Shown: positions 55,865-64,000 of the stretch, piece after piece | Position numbering within the stretch: the first letter of the stretch is position 1 | Layout of the letters: each line of letters opens with the position of its first letter | Virus record (IMG/VR): IMGVR_UViG_2863231158_000003 | Source of the DNA: a virus | Taxonomy: Duplodnaviria; Caudoviricetes | Direction: 5' to 3' (one strand) | Length of the DNA: 64,000 nt | Notes under the pieces: model-generated | What the model saw: the letters and a program-made list of their open reading frames with translations, nothing else | Databases searched by the model: none | Told to the model about the DNA's origin: nothing | Made by a program: the position numbers and the translations under genes

Positions 55865-56307
55865 GCCGCACCGCCTTCCGGCCGGCGCTCCAGCAGCTCG
55901 ACACGTCCCTGCAGACGCTCCACTTCTCCCAGCACCCGGCGCAGCGCGTACCGGTCCACGCTCACCGACCGGCCCTCCGCCTCGACGCTCAGGTCCAGCA
56001 GCAGACCGCGCACATCCTGCGGTCGCAGTAGTGACTCCTCACGCGCCTTCTCGTGCCGCGCCAGCTCCTCCTGCTCCGCCATCACAACGGACCAGTACGC
56101 GTAGAACAGAGCGTCCAGCGCGGCGTCACGCTCGCCGTCAGACGCCAGACGAGCCCAAGCGGCACGGCCGATGTCCTCGATGTCGAAGTCCTCCGGCCGG
56201 TCCGCCAAGAGCTCCTGCTCGGCCTCGTCGAACAGCCGCGACCACAACGGCTTCACGTCGACCTCGGCGACGATCTCCTCGAAGGTCAGATCACTCATCA
56301 CGGGCAC
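55861..56307 (-). CDS. Hypothetical protein
   Basis: Acidic helical ORF in the operon. Confidence 0.65.
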   Translation of the reverse strand: MPVMSDLTFEEIVAEVDVKPLWSRLFDEAEQELLADRPEDFDIEDIGRAAWARLASDGERDAALDALFYAYWSVVMAEQEELARHEKAREESLLRPQDVRGLLLDLSVEAEGRSVSVDRYALRRVLGEVERLQGRVELLERRPEGGAA

Positions 56308-56653
56308 CGCCCTCGGCCGAGCAGGTGCAGCGGCTGGTCATGCCCGACGCGTAGGCGCACAGTGCGTCGTGCCCGTCGCGCGGCGGAAAGGGCTCCTCGG
56401 TGCGGGCCGTGTACAGGGCCTCGCGGTGGACGTCCATCGCGGCATCTCGGGACCCCGCAGTCTTGGACGACCGGTTGATTACGTACTCGCCGAGGAAGAA
56501 CCCGGCGTGCCGCTTGTCGCTGTTCTCGTCGAAGATGACCGTGTCGTAGTAGCCGCCGCCGATACGGACGGTCGACACGAGAAGGTTCTTGGTGTCCGTG
56601 ACGACCGGCGTCTGCCGCACGATCTCCGGAAGCCGATTCGGGGATGAGACCAT
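56291..56653 (-). CDS. Hypothetical protein
   Basis: VSTV...YDTVIFD...AAMDVH motif; GAGGTGG RBS. Confidence 0.65.
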   Translation of the reverse strand: MVSSPNRLPEIVRQTPVVTDTKNLLVSTVRIGGGYYDTVIFDENSDKRHAGFFLGEYVINRSSKTAGSRDAAMDVHREALYTARTEEPFPPRDGHDALCAYASGMTSRCTCSAEGGARDE

Positions 56654-56770
56654 GATGTTGGTCCACCTCTCTTCTCTACGGATGGTGTGGGTGGATCTCG
56701 CGGCTCACGGGCCGCGGTGGCCCCGGCTGCCGGCGACTCGCCAGAAACCGGCGGTTGGGGCCGCAACCGC

Positions 56771-57106
56771 CTAGGCGGCGGACTTGGCGGGCTTGCGCTT
56801 CGCCTGGCTCTTGCGAAGGCGGGCGATCTTGGCTGGCTCAGCCGGTACGCGGCAGAGCTGGCGGATCTCCGCACGGTCTTCCGGGCTGAGCCACTTCGCA
56901 CGGCCCATACGGGTGTGGGGGAAGCCGTGACGGTTCAGTCCGTTGAGGAGCCATCGCTTGCCGCATCCGAGGTCTTCAGCGGCCTCGTCGGGCGGCAGGA
57001 AGCCGTCGCGGCGCATCATCGTCTCGGTCGTTCCTGGGGCCGACTCTTCGGCTGCAGCGCCGTCCTGGTCGGCCGGAAGGGAGGGGGCGGCTTCGGGGCT
57101 GGTCAT
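56771..57106 (-). CDS. Excisionase-like DNA-binding protein
   Basis: FLPPDEAAEDLGCGKRWL...FPHTRMGRAKWLS; second gene of the early operon. Confidence 0.7.
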   Translation of the reverse strand: MTSPEAAPSLPADQDGAAAEESAPGTTETMMRRDGFLPPDEAAEDLGCGKRWLLNGLNRHGFPHTRMGRAKWLSPEDRAEIRQLCRVPAEPAKIARLRKSQAKRKPAKSAA

Positions 57107-57107
57107 G

Positions 57108-57353
57108 TCACCTCGTTTCTTGGAGCTCCGTCGTTGGGGCCAGGAGCTCTTCGTCAGTGGAGTTGAGGACTGTGCGGAGCCGGACGTAGCGCTCAGGTCC
57201 CATGCGCGAGCGGGTGCCGGTTTCGAGTCGCTGGAGGTAGCTGCGGTCGATGCGGGCGGCTTGCGCTGTCTCCTTGATGCCGAGGCCTTGGCGCATGCGT
57301 CGCTTGCGCAGTGCGGCCCCGTTCACCTCGAAGGTGGGTGGTGGTGCTTCCAT
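57108..57353 (-). CDS. Cro-like XRE HTH protein
   Basis: LRKRRMRQGLGIKETAQAARIDRSYLQRLETG; divergent from the repressor. Confidence 0.85.
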   Translation of the reverse strand: MEAPPPTFEVNGAALRKRRMRQGLGIKETAQAARIDRSYLQRLETGTRSRMGPERYVRLRTVLNSTDEELLAPTTELQETR

Positions 57354-57390
57354 GACGAGAAGCTACGAGGTTCTGCGAGTTTCTACAAGT
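57351..57390. promoter_or_regulatory. Tandem 10-bp operator-like repeats in the immunity switch
   Basis: CATGACGAGA AGCTACGAGG TTCTGCGAGT TTCTACAAGT. Confidence 0.6.
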
Positions 57391-57526
57391 CTTACCTATT
57401 AGTAACTTGCATGAGTTGACGCTTTCAGGCAGGTGCGTGCAGCACCTAGTTACGAGATCGTCAAAGTTCAGGCCAAAACTGAGGTGTTCCTAGCTGTTCC
57501 TGATAGGTGCTGCAATGATGTGCAGC

Positions 57527-57970
57527 ATGGCTGTCCCCCACGATGACCTCGCACTTCAGCGCCTCGCCCGCCTCGTCAGGCAGCGACGCGTCGAGCTGGG
57601 CATGAACAAGATCGACGTAGCCAAAGCGGCAGATATCACCATCAACACGTACATGAAGGTCGAAGATGGACGGCCAGTGCGCGACGTGACCTACGGCAAG
57701 ATCGAGCCAGTCTTCAAGTGGGCAGCGAGCACATGCCGGGACATCCTCGCCGGGGCAACGGCACCCACGACCATCGAACCCAGCGCCCCCCAGAGCTCCA
57801 TCTCCCCTGTCTCCGTCGGCGACCTCGCCGCCGACGTGGAAGACGCCGTCCAGAACGCGGCGATCTCCGTATCAGACGACCTGACGGCGGCACAGATCCG
57901 CGCCCTCAAGCAAGGCGTGATCGACGAGCTCAGGAAGCGCGGAAGAATCCCCGACATTGAACGCAATTGA
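57527..57970 (+). CDS. CI-like immunity repressor (XRE HTH)
   Basis: VRQRRVELGMNKIDVAKAADITINTYMKVEDG; lies between cro and int. Confidence 0.82.
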   Translation: MAVPHDDLALQRLARLVRQRRVELGMNKIDVAKAADITINTYMKVEDGRPVRDVTYGKIEPVFKWAASTCRDILAGATAPTTIEPSAPQSSISPVSVGDLAADVEDAVQNAAISVSDDLTAAQIRALKQGVIDELRKRGRIPDIERN

Positions 57971-58116
57971 TCGCGTCTGCCGTACAACCATTCGCTTTAA
58001 CCGTTTCGTTACCCGCCGAGCACCGGGCACTCTGGTCGAACACGGTCACACGCACGCTTCAACGTGACACCATCAGTGGTCACTTGGGAGGTTCCCTCAC
58101 CCGAAAGGGGGAGCCC

Positions 58117-58323
58117 GTGCACGAATTGCTCACCATCGACGCCGGACCCGGCTTCAACGGATTCCACGGGAAGGTGGATGGACAGATCGTGTGTGCAGCG
58201 ACGCCCCGGGTCGAGCACGACGCCGCAGTACGACGCGCCGTGCGAGACCTGATCAGGCGTCAAGGGGGCGACTGCGATGCCTGCCGCAACTGCGTCATAG
58301 GCAGACACGAGTCGCAGCCGTAG
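58117..58323 (+). CDS. Small Cys-containing hypothetical protein
   Basis: GGGGAG RBS; CDACRNC. Confidence 0.6.
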   Translation: MHELLTIDAGPGFNGFHGKVDGQIVCAATPRVEHDAAVRRAVRDLIRRQGGDCDACRNCVIGRHESQP

Positions 58324-58381
58324 CGGACGGCCGGCGGCAGGGGTGCCAGCCGGTCCCCGCACCCAAAACCCAGGGGGCACC

Positions 58382-59773
58382 GTGGCGTACACCGAGTGGC
58401 GCGGGAACACCTGCCGGGTCGTCTGGAACACCGGCAAGAAGGACGAACGCGGCAAGTGGATCTACGACCAGCAGGGCGGCTTCACCGACGAAAGTGAAGC
58501 CAAGAAGTATGGGCTCGACCGCGAAGCCGACATCCGCAACGACCGCTACATATCCCGTCGCGACGGCTCCGTCCTCATGAAGGTCTACTGCAAGACCTGG
58601 CCTGACACCCAGGATGTCGGCCACCTGCGCAAGAGGGCGATCAAGTCGATGATCCGCCTCTACATCGAGCCCCGCTGGGGTGATACCGCGGTCGGCGACA
58701 TCAAGCCCTCGTCATACCGGGCCTGGAAGATGTGGATTGAGGGGCAGTCGCACATCGGCGAGGGGTATGGCCGCGAGATACTCGGCACCTTTTCGATGAT
58801 GATGGACGACGCGGTCGAGGACGGGTTGCGCCAGTCCTCCCCCGTCCAGAAGAAGCGACGCCGCGGGAAGTACCGGAAGAAGAAGCGTGAGCGAAAACGC
58901 AACATGCACATGGAGGACGTGTTTCAGCTCGCCTGCAACGGGCTGATGTTCTGGGGCTTCCCTGGATTCGTCTACGAGTTCATGATGCCATTTCAGGGTA
59001 TGCGACCGGCCGAGCTCTATGCGCTGCGCCGCGAGTACTGCCACCCCTACTGGCCTGCCTCCGACCCGCTCGACGATCCCGAAGAAGAAGACCGCGAGGA
59101 GCGGCATGCGGACGACCTCCTGCGCTACGGACCGGACCTGATGCCCGCGCTTCGCGTGCAGTGGCAGCACCAGCGGGAGGACGGCGTGCTCGGGCTTCAT
59201 CCGCCAAAGTACGAGAGCCAGCGTGCGCTCGTACTGCCGCCCTTTCTCGCTGAACTCCTGGTGATGCTGCTTTCCTCACACGACAGCGAGTGGGTGTTCC
59301 TCTCAATCAATAACGGCCTGCTGGCCAACGCGAACTTCACGTACCACTACTGGCGGCCGATCGCAGACGGGCGCCCCGCGAGCGAGGAGTTCCCGCGCAT
59401 ACGCCTTGGGCAGGAGCAGCTCGTCGTCTCGCGACGGCCTCTGCCGGAGATCCCGGCCGTGCCGAACTGGGCGGGCAAGCGACAGTATCTGAAGCGGCAC
59501 GGGCAGAAGGAGTGGCTCGACGAGGACGGCCACAGCCGGATCGCGAGCGAGTCGCGGATGGGGCACGAGGTCGCCGGCGTCGAGGGCCTGTACGCCAACG
59601 TGACTCCGGAAATGGAGCGGCGCATCATGGAGACGCTGCAGATGCGGTGGTACCGGTTCGTGGTGACGCTCCCGGAGAGCTGGAAACCGCCTCCGTCTCC
59701 CACTCCTCTCCCAGTGGATCTTTCGGAGTGGATGAAGTTGCAGGTCAAGGAGGCTAAGGCTGCGTTGGGATGA
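58382..59773 (+). CDS. int: Tyrosine recombinase (phage integrase)
   Basis: Arm-binding N-terminus (GFTDESEAKKY), GMRPAELYAL, YLKRH, RMGH, LY. Confidence 0.9.
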   Translation: MAYTEWRGNTCRVVWNTGKKDERGKWIYDQQGGFTDESEAKKYGLDREADIRNDRYISRRDGSVLMKVYCKTWPDTQDVGHLRKRAIKSMIRLYIEPRWGDTAVGDIKPSSYRAWKMWIEGQSHIGEGYGREILGTFSMMMDDAVEDGLRQSSPVQKKRRRGKYRKKKRERKRNMHMEDVFQLACNGLMFWGFPGFVYEFMMPFQGMRPAELYALRREYCHPYWPASDPLDDPEEEDREERHADDLLRYGPDLMPALRVQWQHQREDGVLGLHPPKYESQRALVLPPFLAELLVMLLSSHDSEWVFLSINNGLLANANFTYHYWRPIADGRPASEEFPRIRLGQEQLVVSRRPLPEIPAVPNWAGKRQYLKRHGQKEWLDEDGHSRIASESRMGHEVAGVEGLYANVTPEMERRIMETLQMRWYRFVVTLPESWKPPPSPTPLPVDLSEWMKLQVKEAKAALG

Positions 59774-59775
59774 TC

Positions 59776-59907
59776 TGGTTCATGAAGTTCATCACGACCA
59801 AGAGCTTCATGCCCTTCGTCTACTACCGGATCGCGCTGGGCATCGTGCTGTTCATCCTGGTGGGAGCGGGTGAACTGAGCCCGCACGCGGGAGAGTCGGG
59901 GGACTAG
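59776..59907 (+). pseudogene. uppP: 3' fragment of the undecaprenyl-diphosphatase gene; att junction
   Basis: Translates WFMKFITTKSFMPFVYYRIALGIVLFILVGAGELSPHAGESGD*, recognisable as a Streptomyces UppP/BacA C-terminus; begins 2 bp after the int stop. Confidence 0.85.
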
Positions 59908-59940
59908 ACCGGGCCTCGGGCGCCCCCCCTGAACATCACG

Positions 59941-59962
59941 AAGGCCCCCGCGGGGGGGCCTT
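59941..59962 (+). terminator. Rho-independent terminator
   Basis: AAGGCCCCC-GCGG-GGGGGCCTT followed by T. Confidence 0.75.
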
Positions 59963-60029
59963 TCGCACGCTGTTCAGCCCTGACAAGAGGCCCCGCCGCT
60001 GATGCCTGAGCGGCCGGCGCCACTCCGGC

Positions 60030-60210
60030 TCGGCCACATGCCCGCCACCGGGCCATCGGGGACCGCATCCGCACCGCACGCCTCAGCGCCCGGCTCTCCC
60101 AGGCCGCCGTCGACGAGCGGATCGCACGGAGTCACAAACGCTCTCCACCGCTACGAGACCGCTCGGAGCGTGCCCGCACTCGTTGACCGGTTCCTCATCG
60201 CCGATGCACG
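60030..60210 (+). pseudogene. Frameshifted XRE HTH regulator remnant
   Basis: ARHRAIGDRIRTARLSARLSQ in one frame, LHRYETARSVPALVDRFLIADA in another. Confidence 0.6.
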
Positions 60211-60334
60211 GATCCGCGTGCCAGATCACCGCTGCGCCGCCGCCCGACGCCGAGTCCTTCACCACCGTCTCGGCCCTCTCGCCCGGCCGGATCGGCTCAT
60301 CGCACCGCCAGCACAGCTGCGCACCCCGGCTCAT
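60083..60334 (-). CDS. Small zinc-binding hypothetical protein
   Basis: CWRCDEPI...SASGGG...H..C. Confidence 0.55.
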   Translation of the reverse strand: MSRGAQLCWRCDEPIRPGERAETVVKDSASGGGAAVIWHADPCIGDEEPVNECGHAPSGLVAVESVCDSVRSARRRRPGRAGR

Positions 60335-60681
60335 GAGCCCTCGCTCTGAGTCGGGTACACCGCCAGTTCCCGCAAACGCCGCCCCAGCTCAGCCACCCGC
60401 AACCCGGCACCGAGCGGTGTCTCGCACGGATCCGGCTCCTCGCCCACCATGAGCAGCGCGTCCCGCGTCGCGTCCACCACCCGCAGATGCGCGTACCAGG
60501 CCCGGCTCCGTACCGGCGCGCGGGCCATGGCCCGCTCCGCGCTGGGCAGGCGGAGGCGGATCTCGGCGAGGAGGCGCCGGTGCACCTCGGCTGTCTCCGC
60601 GGGCGGGGGCAGTGTGCCGCAGGCGGAGAAGGCCGCTTCCAACAGTCCGTCGAGGGCGGACTGGTCCGCCGTGAGTGTCAT
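60331..60681 (-). CDS. DUF6415-like hypothetical protein
   Basis: MTLTADQ...LLAEIRLRLP...ELGRRLRELA; ATGA coupling. Confidence 0.55.
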   Translation of the reverse strand: MTLTADQSALDGLLEAAFSACGTLPPPAETAEVHRRLLAEIRLRLPSAERAMARAPVRSRAWYAHLRVVDATRDALLMVGEEPDPCETPLGAGLRVAELGRRLRELAVYPTQSEGS

Positions 60682-61070
60682 GACCGGACCCCCACCGCGA
60701 GGGAGTCGGCACCCGCCCACGCGGCCAGCGCGCGCAGCACGACCGCCAGGCGGCGCTCGCCCAGCGGCAGGACGCGGTCGACGAGGACCTGCCGCCCGAA
60801 CGCGAGGGCGAGGACGACCTCCAGGAAGGCGTACTCGCCTTCGCTGAGCTCCATCTCGGGCAGGCGCAGGGACAGGTGGGTCCAGTCCGCGTAGACGGCG
60901 CCGCCGGTCCGCACGACGAGGATGCGCTGCACGGCGGGCCGGGCCAGGAGCGCGTGCTCCTCGATGAGCATCTCCACCGCGATGCGCTCCTGGCCCTCCG
61001 CCGCCCAGGCCCGCAGGCGTTCCTCGACGGACCAGGGCGCGGGCGGTGTGGGGTCGTGGTGCACGGTCAT
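60678..61070 (-). CDS. Hypothetical protein
   Basis: GGAGG RBS; MTVHHDP...AVEMLIEEH. Confidence 0.65.
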   Translation of the reverse strand: MTVHHDPTPPAPWSVEERLRAWAAEGQERIAVEMLIEEHALLARPAVQRILVVRTGGAVYADWTHLSLRLPEMELSEGEYAFLEVVLALAFGRQVLVDRVLPLGERRLAVVLRALAAWAGADSLAVGVRS

Positions 61071-61468
61071 CCCAATGCCTCCGCGAGAAGTCCGGGGCCG
61101 CCGCTTGCTCGGAGAACAGAGGCGAGTTGGGCTGGCTTGGTGAGGCACCCAGAGCCATCCGGCCAGGTCACCCAGAAGCGCCCGCACACCGGCGCGCCCG
61201 TAGGCGGGCAGAGCAGCCGATCGCGCCCAGAACCGTGGCCACGCGGCTTCTGCGACGATCCAGTGCTCGCTGCGGATGGGGGGGCGAGGGCGCCCAGACT
61301 CCACGCCTCTCGGACGAGGCCAGGGTTCGCGGCAAGTGTCTCCTGCATCGTGCTGCTCCTGCTGGGTGGCCATAGGTTCCGCCCTGTCCTGTCTCGTGGG
61401 GTCCTGTTACGGACCGTACGGACGGGGCGCCGAGGAGCTCCAGAAACTTCTACGAGATTCTATGAGGT

Positions 61469-62317
61469 TCACCCAAGGGCCCGCAGAGCCAGCGCGATCA
61501 AGCTCCGGGCCTCGGCCCCGTAGACGGCGAGCTCGGACAGCTCGGCGAACGTCTCGGCGTACATCGCGACTTCGCGCTGCTGGGTGAGTGTCAGGTATCC
61601 CGAAACCAGCTCGACGTTGACCTGTACGGAGTCGTAAATCCAGAACCCCTCAACGGGCATGCGGCTGCGGCTGGCGCTCATGGGGACAACGCCGAGGCTG
61701 ACGTTGGGCAAAGAACCAACCGTGATCAGCTGCCCCAGCTGGCCAGCCATGACCTCTCGTCCGCCCATCCCCGAGCGCAGTACGGACTCTTCGACGAGGA
61801 ACGCGAAGGTGCGGCCCCCCTCGTGCAGGATCTGCTGCCGGTCCATCCGCGCAGCGACAGCCGCGTCGACATCGTCTACGGCAACACGGCGTCGCTGCAC
61901 CGCTCGCAGCACGGCTTCCGTGTACGCGCGGCTCTGGATGAGGCCGGGGACGAACCACGAGGAGTAGGCCCGGAAGCGTGTCGTGCGTTCGAAGAGAGGC
62001 CGTACGGCTTCCTGGGCGTGACGCAGGCCGTCGCGCTCCATCCTGCGCCAGTCGACGAACATGCCTTCCACGTCGCGGAGCCGCTGGATGAGGTCAGCGG
62101 CCTGGTCCTCGGCGCCGCACGCTGTGCACCAGGCCCGAATGTCGTCAGCGGACGGCGACGTGCGAGCGGTCTGGATCCGGGAGACCTTGGACGGGTACCA
62201 GCCGAGCCTCTGTGCGAGCTGGCTCCCCTTGAGGCCTGCGTCCAGACGGATCTCGCCGAGGCGGTCGGCGAGATCCTCCCGAGCCTGCTGAGCGCTGGAC
62301 GAATCCGATGACGCCAT
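61469..62317 (-). CDS. XRE-family regulator (HTH plus DUF5753)
   Basis: LAQRLGWYPSKVSRIQ, VPGLIQSRAY, RMDRQQIL, EESVLR, FWIYD. Confidence 0.9.
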   Translation of the reverse strand: MASSDSSSAQQAREDLADRLGEIRLDAGLKGSQLAQRLGWYPSKVSRIQTARTSPSADDIRAWCTACGAEDQAADLIQRLRDVEGMFVDWRRMERDGLRHAQEAVRPLFERTTRFRAYSSWFVPGLIQSRAYTEAVLRAVQRRRVAVDDVDAAVAARMDRQQILHEGGRTFAFLVEESVLRSGMGGREVMAGQLGQLITVGSLPNVSLGVVPMSASRSRMPVEGFWIYDSVQVNVELVSGYLTLTQQREVAMYAETFAELSELAVYGAEARSLIALALRALG

Positions 62318-62326
62318 GGTCGGCGG

Positions 62327-62860
62327 TCAGGCAGGGTGGTACTGGACGTGTGGGACGGCGCGCTGCCAGGCGGCTTCGAACGCCTCGCTGTGCTGCTCGG
62401 CGAGCACGGCATCGGTGATGTACTCGCGCCCGTCCTTGGCGAGCTGGCCCTCGCCGGTGAAGTGGTGCACCAGCAGCAGCTCGTCTTCGAACACCCAGAA
62501 GTCGTTGGCCGGCAGCAGGAGCCCAGTCGCCTCCCGCCGGGGCAGCCAGCGGACTTGCTCGCCCGCGGCCAGGTTGGCGAAGGTCAGGTCGTACTCGTAG
62601 CGTGCGTAGTCGTGCAGGGGTTCAGACACCACACGCAGCCGGCGTACTGCCACACCGCGGCCTGTCGCGGCCCGGACGACGTCGTGCCAGCCTCCCCACC
62701 ACGAGGCCTTGTCCGACCGATCTAGCCGGTGTCCCTCCTGCCAGGCGATGAATTCGGGATCCTCCAGCATGTAGCTGTCGCGCAACTCCAGGTGCACTGC
62801 TGATCGTTGAGCTTGAGCCAGGGCGCTACGCGCTGGTGGCTGCACTTGCTTCCTCTCCAC
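62327..62860 (-). CDS. DUF6879-like protein
   Basis: SAVHLELRDSY, RRLRVVSEP, NLAAGEQVRWLPR, DFWVF, W.RAVPH. Confidence 0.85.
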   Translation of the reverse strand: MERKQVQPPARSALAQAQRSAVHLELRDSYMLEDPEFIAWQEGHRLDRSDKASWWGGWHDVVRAATGRGVAVRRLRVVSEPLHDYARYEYDLTFANLAAGEQVRWLPRREATGLLLPANDFWVFEDELLLVHHFTGEGQLAKDGREYITDAVLAEQHSEAFEAAWQRAVPHVQYHPA

Positions 62861-63097
62861 TGCGCTCCGGGCGTGGGATGTACTGCAACATCACCGCAGG
62901 CAGCCTAATGATCGTCTCGTGATCCGGCACGTTCGTGGAGTGCCCGGGGACAGAACCGATCTCCTGGCACGCCCGCACATCCTCAGGGGTCGCCTTGTAC
63001 GACTGGATCAGCAGATCCCCTGTCTATCGTCCAGCCAGATCGCCGGAGACTCGTCCTGCGGGGTGTTGGGGATGATGCCGAGAAACCGTAGGGCCAT
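62826..63097 (-). pseudogene. Small partner gene of DUF6879, with a 1-bp frameshift
   Basis: MALRFLGIIPNTPQDESPAIWLDD continues as TGDLLIQSYKAT...HETIIRLP only after a frame change near 63025. Confidence 0.65.
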
Positions 63098-63610
63098 CGC
63101 GATCTCCTCTGCCGAGCGGATTCCACGCTGTTGCACGCACCTTCACGGCGAACGGGAGGCCCGTCAATACTGCATCACCCTATGTAACGAAGCTCGTGAG
63201 TAGCTGCTGTGTTCACCGTCACCGACTGTCGGTGTAACCGCCTACGCTGGCAGGCGTGTCCCCACCCCCAGCCCCCGGCCCGCCGCGGTCGTGAACGAGG
63301 ACATTCGCGCCCTCTGGGCAGGGCGTGACGGAGACCCCCGCGTCAGGCTCACGGCTGCCCAACGGGTGGTGTACGAGCGCCTCCTGATCGAGTGGGAAGC
63401 CGCGGTGCGCGCGGACATCGTCGCGGCCGCCTGAGTCGGGGCGCTCTGGGGCCACTCGTCGCGGAGGAGCGCGCAAGCTCGACCACCCCACGCCGTCCCC
63501 GACTACCAGCGCTTCGGCGGGCGCGGTCACTCACTCGTCATCGACAGCGGCTGGCACGGTCGCCGAAGCGTGCCTGGGCCGGCCGGCCGATAACGCCCGC
63601 TCCAGCGGCC

Positions 63611-64000
63611 TCACTTCACGTCACCCGTGAAGATCGCCGTCTCCGTCTCGAAGTCCGGCGACACCTCGATCTGCACGGTCTTCTCCGACTCCGGCACCGC
63701 GCACGCCCATGTCACGGCGAGGGAGCGGCCCGCGAGGAGCCGCGTCGAAGGACTGCCCTTCAGTCCTCGCTCGGAGTCGATGACCAGTTCGCCTTCCTTG
63801 CCGTCCTCGCCATACGCGCAGTTCACGGAGAGTGCCGTCGTGTCGACCGTCGACGTCCCTCCGTTCTCCACCCGCACGGTGAACTTCAGGTACGGCGTGT
63901 TCTCCGGGGCAGCAGTCGAACTCGACCTGCCACGCGTGAATTTCGACAGGCTGACCGCCACCTCGTTGCGGTAGGTGACGGTGTCGTCCAGACCGAACAC
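63611..64000 (-). CDS. Secreted/lipoprotein-like Ig-fold protein (DUF4352-like), N-terminus outside the window
   Basis: YLKFTVRVENGG...W.CAVP...QIEVSP pattern. Confidence 0.65.
   Translation of the reverse strand: MFGLDDTVTYRNEVAVSLSKFTRGRSSSTAAPENTPYLKFTVRVENGGTSTVDTTALSVNCAYGEDGKEGELVIDSERGLKGSPSTRLLAGRSLAVTWACAVPESEKTVQIEVSPDFETETAIFTGDVK

Larger units (their letters stand above)
1..59775. mobile_element. Temperate actinophage prophage, right portion; head, tail and lysis genes expected left of the window
   Basis: Terminase pair, HNH, replication and recombination genes, WhiB, Cro/CI switch, Xis and a tyrosine integrase ending at a uppP 3' fragment. Confidence 0.93.

Noticed and set aside
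59774-59965. tRNA gene as the attachment site
   Set aside because: No cloverleaf; the sequence translates as the UppP C-terminus.

Overview
High-GC actinomycete DNA, very probably Streptomyces. Positions 1 to about 59775 are the right part of a temperate siphovirus-like prophage, nearly all on the minus strand. From left to right: terminase large and small subunits, a prim-pol-domain gene, a probable cos region and an HNH gene; small accessory genes; a glycosylation cluster (two glycosyltransferases, a nucleotide-sugar dehydrogenase, a methyltransferase); two tandem copies of a three-gene repeat-fibre module (one long, one short) plus a secreted GH16 hydrolase; a plasmid/AICE-type conjugation block (TraB/FtsK, Spd-like, KilB-like, NUDIX, GntR Kor-like repressors, clt-like repeats) with no Rep or integrase of its own; early genes (MazG, DUF4326, replication initiator with iterons, HNH, WhiB, Sak4-like ATPase, RecE-like exonuclease) interrupted by an IS1182; then Xis/Cro/CI and a tyrosine integrase. 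The integrase abuts a 3' fragment of uppP (bacA), which marks the att site. Beyond it is a partly decayed phage-like regulatory cassette. The best novelty candidates are the duplicated fibre module coupled to glycosylation genes and the conjugation module built into an integrating phage. All calls come from reading motifs by eye; no database searches were run.
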